A DNA stretch of 64,000 nucleotides from Catajapyx aquilonaris. Lineage: Eukaryota. The position numbers and the translations under genes were made by a program. Positions 1 to 11,573 of the stretch are shown in pieces. The stretch spans positions 1 to 64,000 of the forward strand of contig KZ538110.1 in assembly GCA_000934665.2 (NCBI GenBank). The letters are read 5' to 3'. The notes below the pieces were generated by a model. It saw only the letters and a list, made by a program, of their open reading frames with translations. It made no database searches and was not told the origin of the DNA. How positions within the stretch are numbered: the first letter of the stretch is position 1; each line of letters opens with the position of its first letter.

Positions 1-337
1 AATTTTTTTCTTGTTATAATGGCCACCATCCTGAACCGGGTTGACCTACTTGCAATGTTGGACTTTTCCCGGAGGTTTGAAAGCAGGGCCTATTTTTGGG
101 GCCAAATTTGGTGCTTCCAGCATAGCTGGGAGTACCCGAACATTTCGGTCTTTCATTGCTCATTGTCTGTTCATTGTTTCTGGATGAAATCTGAATTTTT
201 TTCGTGTTATAATGGCCACCATCCTGGACCAGGATGACCTACCTGAAATATTGGAATTTTCCCGGAGGTTTGAAAACAGGGCCTATTTTTGTGCCAAGTT
301 TGGTGCTTCTAGCATAGCCGGAAGTACCAGAACATTT
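1..337. repeat. Diverged tandem repeat, period about 193 bp, truncated by window start
   Basis: tgttataatggccaccatcctg...ttttcccggaggtttgaaa occurs twice 193 bp apart. Confidence 0.85.
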
Positions 338-1429
338 GCGTCCCAATCCTATATTGTTACACCCAGGAAAATTGCCTTGTTTGGGCCCTTATAAACCGGA
401 GACCGTTTGACCAAATTTCACGATTATTTTTTTATGGGGTCCGTCCCGCTGTAAGACCAGGCCATGCAAATCTCTGACCTCCAGCCTTACCCAGTCCCGA
501 GTTACAAGGGGCTCGTGTGTAGAGTAACGAGGGGGTTCGTGTAAAGGTAGGGCAGTGCAGGTGGAGGGTGGAAGGAGGGTGGGTGGAGGGAGGAGGGAGG
601 GTGTGAGGAGGGCGGAGGGAGGGCGGAGGGAGGGTGGGAGGAGACTTGGCGGACGCACTGCCGTGCTACCCAATGGGCCCGCCTTGCTCTTGCATGTTGT
701 TCCATGTTGGAGTTTGGATTTCATCTTGAAAGCGGTAGGGTATAGTCAAAGTGGCCTTTGTTCTTGCGGCAGTAGGAGAATATTTATCAGGCTTTTCCCC
801 TATTGGAAATGGCAGGAAATGTAACTAATTTTTACGTCATCGTGTGTTTGAAAATGTGTTGTTTCATTGTTGATAAAATCCCGGTTTTACAATAATGTAA
901 AAAATATGCCCATGATTGCTCATGTTAGAGAAGGATGAAAAATACGAATAAGAACAAGTGTAGGTCACATTATATTTTGACCTACCAAGTGCTCCACATG
1001 CTTGCGTGTGGGTTTTTCAAATGGAATAATATCCTGGTATATGTTCCATTCTGTGCCTAAAAGCTTTTCTTGCGCTTCTTTGCGCTCTACGAGAAATGAC
1101 CATTTCTTTAGGAAGGTGCGCTACTACAGGGTGTATCAGAGTCATGGGTCAAGCGCGCGTGAGGAGGTGGGGGAAAATCGTAGGAGGCGATAACCCCGGT
1201 CAGTTTTATAAAACAATTAGAAATAAGGGAGTAATCGATTTTTTATTACGGCGTGACGTCACGTCCTTTCTGTTCGAATTGAGAGGTGCGGAAAGGCGAG
1301 TACGGTGCGTACAGCGGCTCTCTAGCCGTGCCGGTTGCACTGAACAAGGCGCTCTCATGCTCTCCTACCTTCCCACGCAAAGCATGGGGCCAGGCTTGGA
1401 CCTCGGCAACCCCTCTTCGCGACCTGCCC

Positions 1430-2215
1430 ATGCAATGGTACACCGAGAAATGGCGGAGGATGTCGAGCACCGATGTCTCTGTACAGGCAGGAATGACAGC
1501 ACGCATACCGCATAGACGTCATCCTCATCAAAAAATCGCGAAAAATGTTTCTTGCGGTGGACAGACTGCTGCGTGAGGCCGGTACCAGCAGGTACATTGC
1601 GAGGCAGGCGAGATATATCAGGTGTGTACAGTAGTACAGTGTGTTCTACACCTGTACTGTAGTACAGCACTGCACTGACTGGATAATGCCTGTGTACAGT
1701 AGTGTACAGTACTGTATCGCACATCATGACAGGTGCACCTCGGACCGCACGTACTATGGCAATGGAGGAAGACGTTCTGGATATGGTAGCCATGGACCCA
1801 TCGATCAGCACCCGTGAAGTCGGTCGTAGAGTGCACAGCATTCATTCCAATGTGTGAAGGATCATCCATGACAGCATCCAAGCGAATGGGCACCAGTTCC
1901 AGCATTTGCTGTAGTCACGGTATGCGTACTGCCAGTACGCATACCAACTTCATGGGTGCTGATCGATGGGTCCATGGCTACCATGTCCAGAACGTCTTCC
2001 TCCATTCCCATGGTATGTGCGGTCCGAGGTGCATTGTGCGATACAGAACTGCTACAGTACCGTACACTACTGTACACAGGCATTATCCAGTCAGTGCAGT
2101 GCTGTACTACAGTACAGGTGTACAACATACTGTACTACTGTACGTACCTGACGTATCTCGCCTGCCTCGCAATGTACCTGCTGGTACCAGCCTAACGCAG
2201 CAGTCTGTCCACTGC
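1430..2215. mobile_element. Degenerate Tc1/mariner (DUF4817/Tc3-like) transposase fragment, duplicated as a fold-back 1554..2215
   Basis: MFLAVDRLLREAGT and PRTART..EEDVLDMVAMDPSISTREV..V*RIIH remnants; inverted arms about 1554-1820 and 1947-2215. Confidence 0.7.
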
Positions 2216-2262
2216 GGCGATTGTAGTGACTAAGGAAAACGTTGCAATGTTTTCGTCACTAT

Positions 2263-2803
2263 GAGTACGTTTACATGGGACTAAAAATGGGCCTGACCCA
2301 GGCCTCCTAAGCAAGGCCTGTCCACCTGCTCCCACTTTTGCCACTGCTACATGGGACAGACTCTTTTGCTGCCGAGGGGTCGGTGAGCCGCCCGAAAATA
2401 GTGCCCACCATGCCAGGCCCTACCGCTCCTCACAGCAAAATGTGCAATATGTGTAGTTCTGCAGCTGCCGCATGGGCTGACCATGATAATTAGGCAGTCG
2501 AATTACATGTACCAGCACTGTTTATTCGAGAAAGCCACAGATACGGGGGTACTAATTTCGCGGCCGGTAGTCCACTCAGAAGCAAGTCTTCCCTCCTAGG
2601 CTGTCCCCCCTAAGAGCCAATCACCACCATCGACTTAGGTAGACCACCCGATCCAAAAGGCTTGGGCTGAGCCCGACACCGGCTCTGACAGGCTCAGATA
2701 AAGCAGGTCCATCGTAAGCCCAGCGGCTCCATGGGAGTAAACCGGTTCGCCTAGCATAGGCGGCTGTAGCTAAGCCGATTTTTAGTCCCACGTAAACGTA
2801 CTC
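2263..2803. mobile_element. MITE, Harbinger/ISL2EU-like
   Basis: 26-bp TIR GAGTACGTTTACATGGGACTAAAAAT (1 mismatch), AT on both flanks. Confidence 0.8.
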
Positions 2804-3540
2804 ATTGTCCGCATGCTTGAGTAACCCCCAAACACTAATTTTCACACTAATCCAATCATAAATTAATTTCGACCACGAATTTTGCAATTTCTCCCACTGT
2901 GCATAGGAAGCAGGTTAAGAGAGTGATAATCATGACTGTTTGGATTTTGCACAATCGCCTCTTTCACAGAAGTGATTATGATACTCTCATATCCTGCTCC
3001 TTAGACAACCACTGCAAGGCACGACAGTCCATCTGCCAGGAGATCTGCCTACAAAGAGGCGTCACATGCGTTCCCGCATGTGTCTAGGGGTAGGCCAATG
3101 TTTCTGGTCGTATACCTTATTACCCGTTGGTCCCTTGACATTTCTCCCCTCTACATTCTTGACTTGTTTTGGTCCAAGGAATATGCTGGCTGCCATTGGC
3201 CATACTAGTAAGAAAAATGCTTAAATTGACCTGGTGTTTGTGTCCAGTAATAGCTGAAGACCTGAGCCATCAAGTGGCTAAGTTAATTTTTGTGGGGAAT
3301 TTAATATTATTCAAATAACAGGGACACTGTAGTTACTTCTGAAACATGGTAACAGAATTGTGTCATATGCTACATGTAATATGCCACAGTATGTTGCCTC
3401 CAATAAACCAAACCAGGTTCTTCAGATGAAAATTTAGTCAAATATTCAAAATTCATCTCAGTAATGAAATATTTGCTAAACATTCACAGGTGACATAATC
3501 ATATGGAACTTACATAAAAGTCCAGCAATTAACGTCTTTC

Positions 3541-3712
3541 CTAGGTCGATGTGCCTGCCTCACCACTCTCAAAATAGTCTTGCTCTATGCGAGAGCACAG
3601 CTGCAGCAGATTCGGGCGATCACGCACCATATTTGCAAGACGATTGTCTGGCAGTGGTGTTGTCAATATGGCAAATAAGTGACCAAACACTAATGCATCC
3701 AATTCTGTCGGC
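3541..3712 (-). CDS. MTX2: Metaxin-2 last coding exon ([18 protein letters not shown]...[16 protein letters not shown])
   Basis: tttcag acceptor; [12 protein letters not shown] motif; TAG stop at 3541-3543; total CDS 798 nt = 265 aa. Confidence 0.95.
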
Positions 3713-4199
3713 CTGAAAAAAATAATACATGCTATTCAGTTCAACAGTAACCTTTATTATAAATGTGGCATGACTACTAGCTACTCATGATACCTCAAAT
3801 TCCTCATTTTAATGCTACCACTGGAGTAGCTTTCTACTAACACTAGCTTAACCCTTTGACGCCTAAGGACATCATATGATGTCCTCCCAATTTTTGAATC
3901 TGGCGGCAAAGTGGTCACACGCACAAGGCAAAGTTAGCTGGTCAAACTCCTCCTGCCATCTAGTGGATGGTGACTCAGCATCCACAAAGTCGGATTGCTA
4001 TATTTAGCCCCTCAAAGGTAAACAACCCCCCACCCTCCTGATAGTTAATGTAAAAATGCGGAGTAATTGCAGGGTGTCCCATAATTCTGCACTCTCAGGG
4101 ATTTCTTATAGAACAGTGTTTTAGTATTATTATGTAACCATAGTAACAATTTTATGATGACTTAACAAATTTGATTAAATTTCATTACATTTAAAGTTA

Positions 4200-4882
4200 C
4201 AGTAAAACTTCTATTAAGTCTAACTTCCCTAAGTCGAAGTTCTCTATAAGTCTGAGAAAATTATGAGTTTGGTTGGTCACAATGTCAAAGAATAGGAAAT
4301 AAACTTCCCTAACTCGAATTTCTATAACTCGAAGTGCAGGCAGGGCCTTACGATGGGATATCAATGCATTTTCAGTCTCCCTAAGTCAAAGTTCATGTTG
4401 GCGAGTACAGATATTTGCTGTTATTCCCTTGTGTGTGTGTCACCCCATAGGGGCCTATGGCCCCCTTACCGGGGTATGGAAATAAAATAAATAAATAAAA
4501 ATGAGTACAGAAAATTTTCTCATTTCCCAGCCGAAGGTTTGAGAGTAAGCAACATGCACAGAAAGGCTCAATTTCCTTATCTCCGTCTACCAGACGTACC
4601 GAAAAAAGGGTTTGACTCGATTGTGACAATTGAATCCTTGAATCTAAAAGTAGGCAAATGTCCATAACTGAGTTTTTTTTACACCAAAACAATGAGGAAC
4701 ATTGTAAGTGTGATAGTGACAGTTATTTTTAAGTTATTAACACCTTTTGTCGTTGGATATAAAGGTAGGCTTCCTTACAGAGTTATGTGCTTTAAAAAAG
4801 CCAAACTTCTCTAACTCGAATCTTCTATGACTGGAAGTTTTTTTCCTGTCCCATGGAGATTCGACTTATAAAAATTTTACTG
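4200..4882. mobile_element. Tc1/pogo-like MITE (family C)
   Basis: TA|CAGTAAAACTTCTAT ... ATAAAAATTTTACTG|TA; second copy at 32637..33171. Confidence 0.88.
4412..4502 (+). mobile_element. 5'-truncated retroposon 3' end
   Basis: 9-bp TSD gagtacaga; (AAAT)n tail; absent from the paralogous MITE copy at 32.8 kb. Confidence 0.8.
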
Positions 4883-5239
4883 TAATTGCATTTAAATTCT
4901 TTTTCTGGAACGCCCTGTAGATGAATTTTTTCGGCATTTTACATTCAAAAGGACCACCACAAGTTAAAATGATAAATATTGGAACATATTGTTTTTCATT
5001 AATATCCCTCCTACTACAAATTTTGGTCAATAAGAGAAGAAACCAGCCCAAAAAACTCAGGCGTCAAAGGGTTAATACTAGGTTTTTGGTCATTTGGGAG
5101 GGGGTCAGCAAAATAGAGCTGCCAGGCCAAATTGTTGACTTGAAATTTTCACAATTTTATTCCAAGTCCACAGCTACGGCTGTTCTGCATCGCTGTGGCA
5201 GTTTCATCCACAGTGGAAAAACACTCACAACTTAATTAA

Positions 5240-5718
5240 CTCTTTTTACCCTCCTATATTTTGAAATTTTTTTAATTTTCTATTTCTTCTGGGCCTATAG
5301 TGTTGTGCAAACATCACCTCTGCTGCTAATTTTCACATCAAAATACAAGGCAAAAAGCGATATTCCGAAACCACAACACTAGCAGCCGGTCACAGGTTGC
5401 AGGTCCCCTGTCGCCGCTACTGTAGTGCTCTCTAGGGTGGTGCGAACAAGTAGAATATAACCTCACAAGCTTCGAAATCAATTTTATATAGCAAGTCGTG
5501 AATCAAGTTTAATCAATCATTTACATATCACTGATATCAGTCGCGGCGACCTGCAACCGGATGCAGGTATTGTAGCTTCGGAATATTGCCTTTTGGCTTG
5601 TATTTTGACCCTGCTAACGTGAAAATTAGCAGCCGAGGTAATGTTTGCACAACATTATAAGCCAAGCAGAATTATTAGAAAATCCAAAAAATTTCACAAT
5701 TTAGGAGGGTAAAAAGAG
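5240..5718. mobile_element. Palindromic piggyBac-like MITE
   Basis: TTAA|CTCTTTTTACCCTCCTA ... TAGGAGGGTAAAAAGAG|TTAC with long imperfect inverted arms. Confidence 0.8.
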
Positions 5719-6285
5719 TTACTTTGGTTGTCAGTGCAGCATTAATTTTGAAGAGCATGCTCCACCAGAGATGTAGAAAACCAATGTACTTTCCAATTAT
5801 TATGCTATTCATAACTGACACCAACTGACTTTTTTTGCTCTCAAGGGATGAGGAAGCATGGTACCAACTGCTCAAGGACCAAGCTATCTTAACCTATGTG
5901 CTGCAAATCCAAGTAAAAATTATTTGCTCAAGATTCCAGCAAGAAAGCTGGATGGCATCGCACTCTCAATGCCCATATGAAGTGAGTAGCATGAGATGAA
6001 CTTAAGCCAATAGATGTGGTAGGGTAAAAAATTCATTGCCATATACTTTCAAATTATTATTTTTTGCTCGAACTCCTAACGTAGGCAGAAGAGTTTGCCA
6101 AATACCCCACGCCATACTTAAGTCAAGGATATCCAGGACACTGTAGTATTATTTTTAATGGGACCTATCAACATCTGAGAAGCAAGACTGTATAGTCCTT
6201 TTGGCATTCTACAAGAATCCAGCTCTAAATTCGTGGAACCCTCTTTATGGTTAAACATGGTGAAACTCATACTGTGGAGCCTCAC

Positions 6286-6362
6286 CTGTTGTTAAAAAAG
6301 TAGGTCTTCTCACCCAAGCGCTGTGAGAGTGCTTCACAACAGTGGTCAACATCTTTGTACAC
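6286..6362 (-). CDS. MTX2: Metaxin-2 coding exon 6 ([26 protein letters not shown])
   Basis: tttcag acceptor, AG|GTGAG donor; CCxALSQRLG..YFF motif. Confidence 0.95.
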
Positions 6363-6421
6363 CTGAAAAATGCACTTCTCAATCAATCTGTCACTCTACA
6401 TGAGCCAAAACCTTAGCTCAC

Positions 6422-6586
6422 CTCTTCTAGCGTTTTATCCATCCAATGCAGTGGTCTTAACTTATTAATCACCTGGCTTCTCTTCATCCATGGGAGAATC
6501 TTACTGAGAGGCCAAGAGTGCATAATTCCATATCGAGGCTTGGTTACTGTCTGAAGGGTCTCCTCATCAACCCATGACACATACAG
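6422..6586 (-). CDS. MTX2: Metaxin-2 coding exon 5 (LYVSWVDEET...RYG...WPL...KTLEE)
   Basis: ccag acceptor, GAG|GTGAG donor; LYxxWxDE, RYG and WPL motifs. Confidence 0.95.
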
Positions 6587-6647
6587 CTGGAGTCGAAGAA
6601 AGTCACATGTTAGCTTCCCACCTCTCCTAGCAACCATGCAATCTTAC

Positions 6648-6740
6648 CTCAGAATTAACCATCAAGTTGTTCACCAAAGCCATGTATGCATGCATGTCGG
6701 CTCTTTGCAAATTGTCTAGCTTCTCTGAAAGTGATAGTCC
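6648..6740 (-). CDS. MTX2: Metaxin-2 coding exon 4 (GLSLSEKLDNLQRADMHAYMALVNNLMVNSE)
   Basis: tttcag acceptor, GAG|GTAAG donor; ADMxAYMxLVNN motif. Confidence 0.95.
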
Positions 6741-7376
6741 CTGAAACAAATTCACCCATATTAGTATGCTGGTACTCTTGCTTATAAGTTAATTCTAAAA
6801 GATGAGAACATTAGCATTCTCTACTTCTTTAGTTTTGTTCTTAAACCCATGTCTGGAGAGACAGAGACCATGAAAAAATATGTACAATAGCTTTTCTGGT
6901 ATATGTCCCCAACATCATGATATTGTCTCTAGTCTTTTTGTTCAGATTATGTTCCAATAGCAGGTAAACATAGCACTGTAGTAATGATGACAGTGGATTC
7001 TTTGAGCCAAAGCTAGTTCAGAATGCAAGGGCATGAAATGTTATGGCATCAACAATAACCACAGAGGCAACCCCCATTTGGGTGAGCGGAAGATATGCTA
7101 ACCAAACCAACATTAAAGCACTGAAGCCTGTGGGAGACACTGATGCAAGGTTGCAATATGTATGGTAATCAGCAACACATTCATGTCCTGCTCCCTAGGC
7201 AAGTACTGTACAGACACAGGTCAATCTGACTGCCAATCTCGGTAAAAATAAGCCATAATGTGGGTTGCTGCATATGTCTTACGAGCACCTAAAAGTTCGG
7301 TATTGTCTATTTCGTTATGGGTAGGTGCCTTGAAATTTCAGGCCCCTACTTTTTTAACTTGTTTCGGCTGAAGGTG

Positions 7377-7750
7377 ATTATAGAAGGTCCTCCAAAACAT
7401 ATCCTCATCAACAGTTCAGATTGCTGCACTTAATGTTTTGGACCAATACAGTGACAGGCATCCTCCATTAGCAGAATAAAAAATGGAAGAGGTGAAGCAC
7501 AGGCTGCTGTCACCACCAAAAAAGTCACTACGACGTTTGCCACAAGAAACTTGGTATTCTATTTCCACCTACCAAAGAGCTTTACAACAATTTACAACAA
7601 TTAGCCTTGACATGAGAAGATTTTGAAAGCAACATCAGTGCAGCAATCCGGACTATTGATGAGGATATGCCTCGGAGGACCTTCTATAATATGGAGCATC
7701 ACATTTGAGTGTATCTGGATGTCAATAGAGGACAATTCCAGCATTTATTG
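7377..7750 (+). pseudogene. Internally deleted Tc1/mariner (Tc3-like) transposase remnant with inverted duplication
   Basis: PKKSLRRLPQET..S.STYQRA and LDVNRGQFQHLL remnants; 7377-7437 is inverted relative to 7631-7690. Confidence 0.65.
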
Positions 7751-7957
7751 GGAATTGTGCTACATTCCCATGAACTAGGGAAAGTTTAAAACCAAGCATC
7801 ATGGTTCTAGGTAGACTGGAAAGAAAAATACAGTTGGTTCTTTGGGGGGACTACCTAGTGAGACAACCTCCAAACATCCTAAATAATTAACATGCAGCCA
7901 TTTAAATCAACTTAAATGCAAATGCTGTTCCATATAATTTCAAGTTATCCCTCTATT

Positions 7958-8247
7958 AACTGAAGCAGGTTGGCATAGTGGATAAGGCATCCGACTGCTA
8001 ATTGGGAGGTCCTAGGATCAAATCCCGGGGCTGGCAACTCTGACCGTGGTTTTCTGTGGTTTCCCACGGTCCTTCCAGGAATATTCCGGAGTTGCTTCCG
8101 TAATTAATAGGCCACAGCCGCTTCCTTCCGTCCCTATCATATCCCAAAGAGCACAGTAAAATGAAAAGCAAGGAGTTCCAGGCAAAACAAACTTCCCCCC
8201 TAAAGAGCCGATGGCTGATAACGGGGTATGAATTATTAATTATTATT
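7958..8247 (+). mobile_element. tRNA-derived SINE, family 1
   Basis: A/B-box-like head; GTGGTTTTCTGTGGTTTCCC...GGCCACAGCCGCTTCCTTCC core; (ATT)n tail; 16-bp TSD aagttatccctctatt. Confidence 0.92.
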
Positions 8248-8316
8248 AAGTTATCCCTCTATTCTTGTAAAAATCATTCCAAAAGTCAGTTAAATATTAG
8301 TATGCTTTATATTTAA

Positions 8317-9164
8317 CCCTAATAAGACAGGCATCACATATGCTGTGACAGTGGCTTTTAAAAATTCTGCTGGCGAAACTAGAGCGTTTTCCCGCTATGT
8401 AACGTGGTTTCTGTGTGGCTTTTTAAAATTCTCTCGCGTAAAAAATCGCGCGTTTTGGACTACAAAATCGTGCATAAATAAACCGAATTAACCAGATTAA
8501 CTTGAATGAAATCATCTTTTTGCGGCCACTGAAAAAAAAAAAAAAACTTACCAAAAAAAAAAATCCGACCTTGACCGTCAAATTTTTGGCATACATAGTT
8601 GCCCCCAAACCTCCTCAAGAGATTCCACCCTAAAATTAGTGCAAATGATGATTCAATAGTTTTAAAATAAATAAATAATGTTCGTAAATGCCAATTACCT
8701 GCTGCCGGGAGTCTGCGCACTTCAATGCCGGCCTCAGGCTGGCTGGATGGCGCATGCTCCCAGTGCCTTTTGAATGGCTGAATGTTTACATTCGTGAGGG
8801 AGTGTGTTTGTGTATCACTTCTGCACGCCTGGCTGGCCTGTGCCGTAATGCATGCTATGTGTTTATGTACTGCTTTGTTCAGAGGTGCCAAGGCTACATA
8901 CCGATAATTTTTTTTCAAGCAGGCAGAGTAACAAAAAAATGGAGTAGGCGCGAAACATTCCCCTGCGCCACCTTGTTTGTGCGTTTAAGACTTTACATCT
9001 CCGTATCGTATGAGAGGAGGGTCACATAGATGGCCTCAGGATCAAGCCTGGACACTATACGATCTTATTGACTATTGTTTTCAAGTCTCGTCCCCCAAGT
9101 CCCAAAGAAAGAGAATTTTTTGCAGATACTTGCAAAAAGCAAAAAATCACCCATCTTATTAGGG
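8317..9164. mobile_element. piggyBac-like MITE (family A)
   Basis: TTAA|CCCTAATAAGA ... TCTTATTAGGG|TTAA; second copy at 31673..32460. Confidence 0.92.
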
Positions 9165-9173
9165 TTAACTTAC

Positions 9174-9250
9174 CTTGTTTTGAACAAAAGCAATAATAGG
9201 TTCCAATCCCGCTATGATAAAGGCACCACATCTCAAGAATGGGACTTTAC
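9174..9250 (-). CDS. MTX2: Metaxin-2 coding exon 3 (GKVPFLRCGAFIIAGLEPIIAFVQNK)
   Basis: tgacag acceptor, AAG|GTAAGT donor; GKVPF motif; phase consistent. Confidence 0.95.
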
Positions 9251-9474
9251 CTGTCAAGAAAGTCATGTTATTTCAGCAATCTTTCAAAAAGTGAAACAAT
9301 AAAGTGGTTAGTCCCTTCCATTTTCAAAACAGCCCAACCATCATCATCATTATTAGAAAAACCCAGTGCTTTCACCTATAAGCCCTAGTCATACAAGCAA
9401 GTAGAGTTATCATAATTGCCCTGCATAGACATGGCCTACAAATCAGCTGAAAATATAAAATGTGGGGACTGTAA

Positions 9475-10500
9475 GGGCCGGTTGCACGAACCGTTCCTAG
9501 GATGTGGGGGCGCTCCCAGGAAGGGATTTCATTGCACCAACCCCTCCTAGGTGGTGGGAGCGCTCCTAGCTGCTAGGAAGGCCCGGACCCACTCTTACCG
9601 GCTGGGAGCGCTCCCAGCAGTCCAAGGTCTTTCCTCCCTAATCCGTTGAGTCTTGTGTTTGATTAGAAACAACTCCTAGGCAGATGATCCAAAAAAATCG
9701 TGTTATATATCATTGAAAAGCTTGTTTAAATCCTCGTAGGATATGTGCAAGTTGTTTTCCTATGTTCTTTCTGTAATTTTTTATCCCAAAAAGAAGGTGG
9801 AAAGGTGTCATGTTTTGATACGTTGCCGGGCGTTACGCCAAAAAAGTCTTTTTATTCGACACTTATCGGAGGCCACAAAAGTTGTCCTGTGAACCTTGGA
9901 TAGTGCAAATCTTTGTGTATCTAACCATATATTTAAAATTTAGAAATTACCACTTGGGCAATCATAATTAAGTATATTGCACGCCTCTGCTATCTCGGCC
10001 GTTTTTCATCCGAATTACTTCGCGAATGTTTCGATGGCAAGCCAGAAATGTGGGTGATAAAATTAAACAGCACTACCAAAAATTAAAATTTTCTCAGCCT
10101 CACTAAAATTTGCAGCATCTTTTGCCTTGTTCGGGCCCCTTGCCTTGGCCCGCCTTGGCCCAAAACCTGCCTGCCTTGAATGCATCATGCACGACCACGT
10201 GCATCGCTAAATAAGCTAATTTATTATTTTAAGCGTATAAAACATATTCTCCAGCTGTGTAATATTATTTTAATGCATGTAAGGAACAGTTATTTTATTA
10301 ACAAATAACCAGTTCATATAGAACGGTGTTGAAGCCCGGCGCGACTGCCCGATAACAAGGGAAGGAAGACCCGTACGTAGGATGCCTCCGAGTTTGGGTT
10401 GGTGCAACCCTCAGCCACCTAGGAGCGCTCTTACCCGTAGGGGGCCCCTACGTAGGAGCGCTCCTAGGAGCGGGCTAGGAACGGTTCGTGCAACCGGCCC
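9475..10500. mobile_element. PIF/Harbinger-like non-autonomous element
   Basis: Perfect 26-bp TIR GGGCCGGTTGCACGAACCGTTCCTAG; TAA/TTA flanks; subterminal GGAGCGCTCC palindromes. Confidence 0.9.
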
Positions 10501-10834
10501 TTAGGCCTCACCCACAACACCCCCACTGACAGTCACAGCAATGAAAATTACCTGTGTCACTCAGCACACCACTCTTACAAGGTTCACTTGCTTTTACCAG
10601 TTTACTTGAATTAGGGCATTTCCCATTTCTACCTGGTAAGGCCTTTTGTACAGGGGATAAAATTAACTTTGATATGTAACAAAATCAGTGCAACTTAAAA
10701 TACGCACAGGGCTTTCCTTATGGTCTATACACATATTCATAAAAATTGTGCCTATGGGTGGAATTTTCGTCCCACTGATAGTTACTGGTAATGTAGCAGT
10801 ATCAGCATTGGCACTGGTACTGCTAAGACTAATA

Positions 10835-11259
10835 GGCGGTTTTCACTGTCCGCGTCGTGCCGTGAAGAGCACAAACCCGGCACTGTTAATATAGTGTTCG
10901 TTTCTCAGGTTGTTCCCTCCGCTCGGATGTAGACGCAAGGGTCTAGGGGGCCTCGTGTGTGAGTGAGCGGAGTGAGAAGGCCACACGGAAAGGCAGTCGA
11001 GCCATCTTTTTCATGTCATCCGCGTACGAAATCTGTGAGCAGCAGCCCCAGCCACCCCAACCTCCACACCACCACTCAAAAGCCCCCCAATTTCCACCCC
11101 ACCACCCAAAATTCCCCCGCCCTCCAGAGGGGTCAAAATGCCCAAGGCAAGGATCACTGTGCCTTCATCTGGCACTGAAGGGTGTACTCAAAAAGGCTGT
11201 CCAAACGAAGAATGCATGTCACACGAAATCGCCGCATGACGTGGGCAGTGAAAACCGCC
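10835..11259. mobile_element. MITE with Harbinger-like termini
   Basis: TA|GGCGGTTTTCACTG ... CAGTGAAAACCGCC|TA. Confidence 0.8.
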
Positions 11260-11573
11260 TACGAGTTAGCAGTAACTAGCAGTGGGACAAAAATTCGACC
11301 CTATGACTATAATTTCTTTTGCACGAAGGTGAGGAGCCAGATGGACGACCAGGTGGCTAGTGCTTTCACTTTTGAGAAAATGTTGCTCCTGCAAGACAGC
11401 ATGGCTGTTCCAAGATCCCATGGCCTGACCACCTCTCCCTCCCCTTTTGTTCATGAAGGAAATAGAACACATTCTATTTTCATGCACAATTATGTACCTG
11501 TGCTCTGGTTGTGGCTCCTCCATTTCCTCAAAGCATTGACAAAATATGTACTATTTTCACAAGTGGGCATTAA

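Larger units (their letters stand above)
4070..4917. mobile_element. Tc1/mariner-like MITE nested in the piggyBac-like element
   Basis: CAGGGTGTCCC ... GGAACGCCCTG|TA termini; left flank is TG rather than TA. Confidence 0.65.
3852..5071. mobile_element. piggyBac-like non-autonomous element, outermost layer of a nest
   Basis: TTAA|CCCTTTGACGCCT ... AGGCGTCAAAGGG|TTAA. Confidence 0.9.

Noticed and set aside
389..824. Pro-rich and Gly/Arg-rich ORFs
   Set aside because: Translation of a GGAG-rich low-complexity tract; no domain or splice support
8423..9029. ORFs of 61-152 aa
   Set aside because: Inside a non-coding MITE whose second copy does not keep the frames
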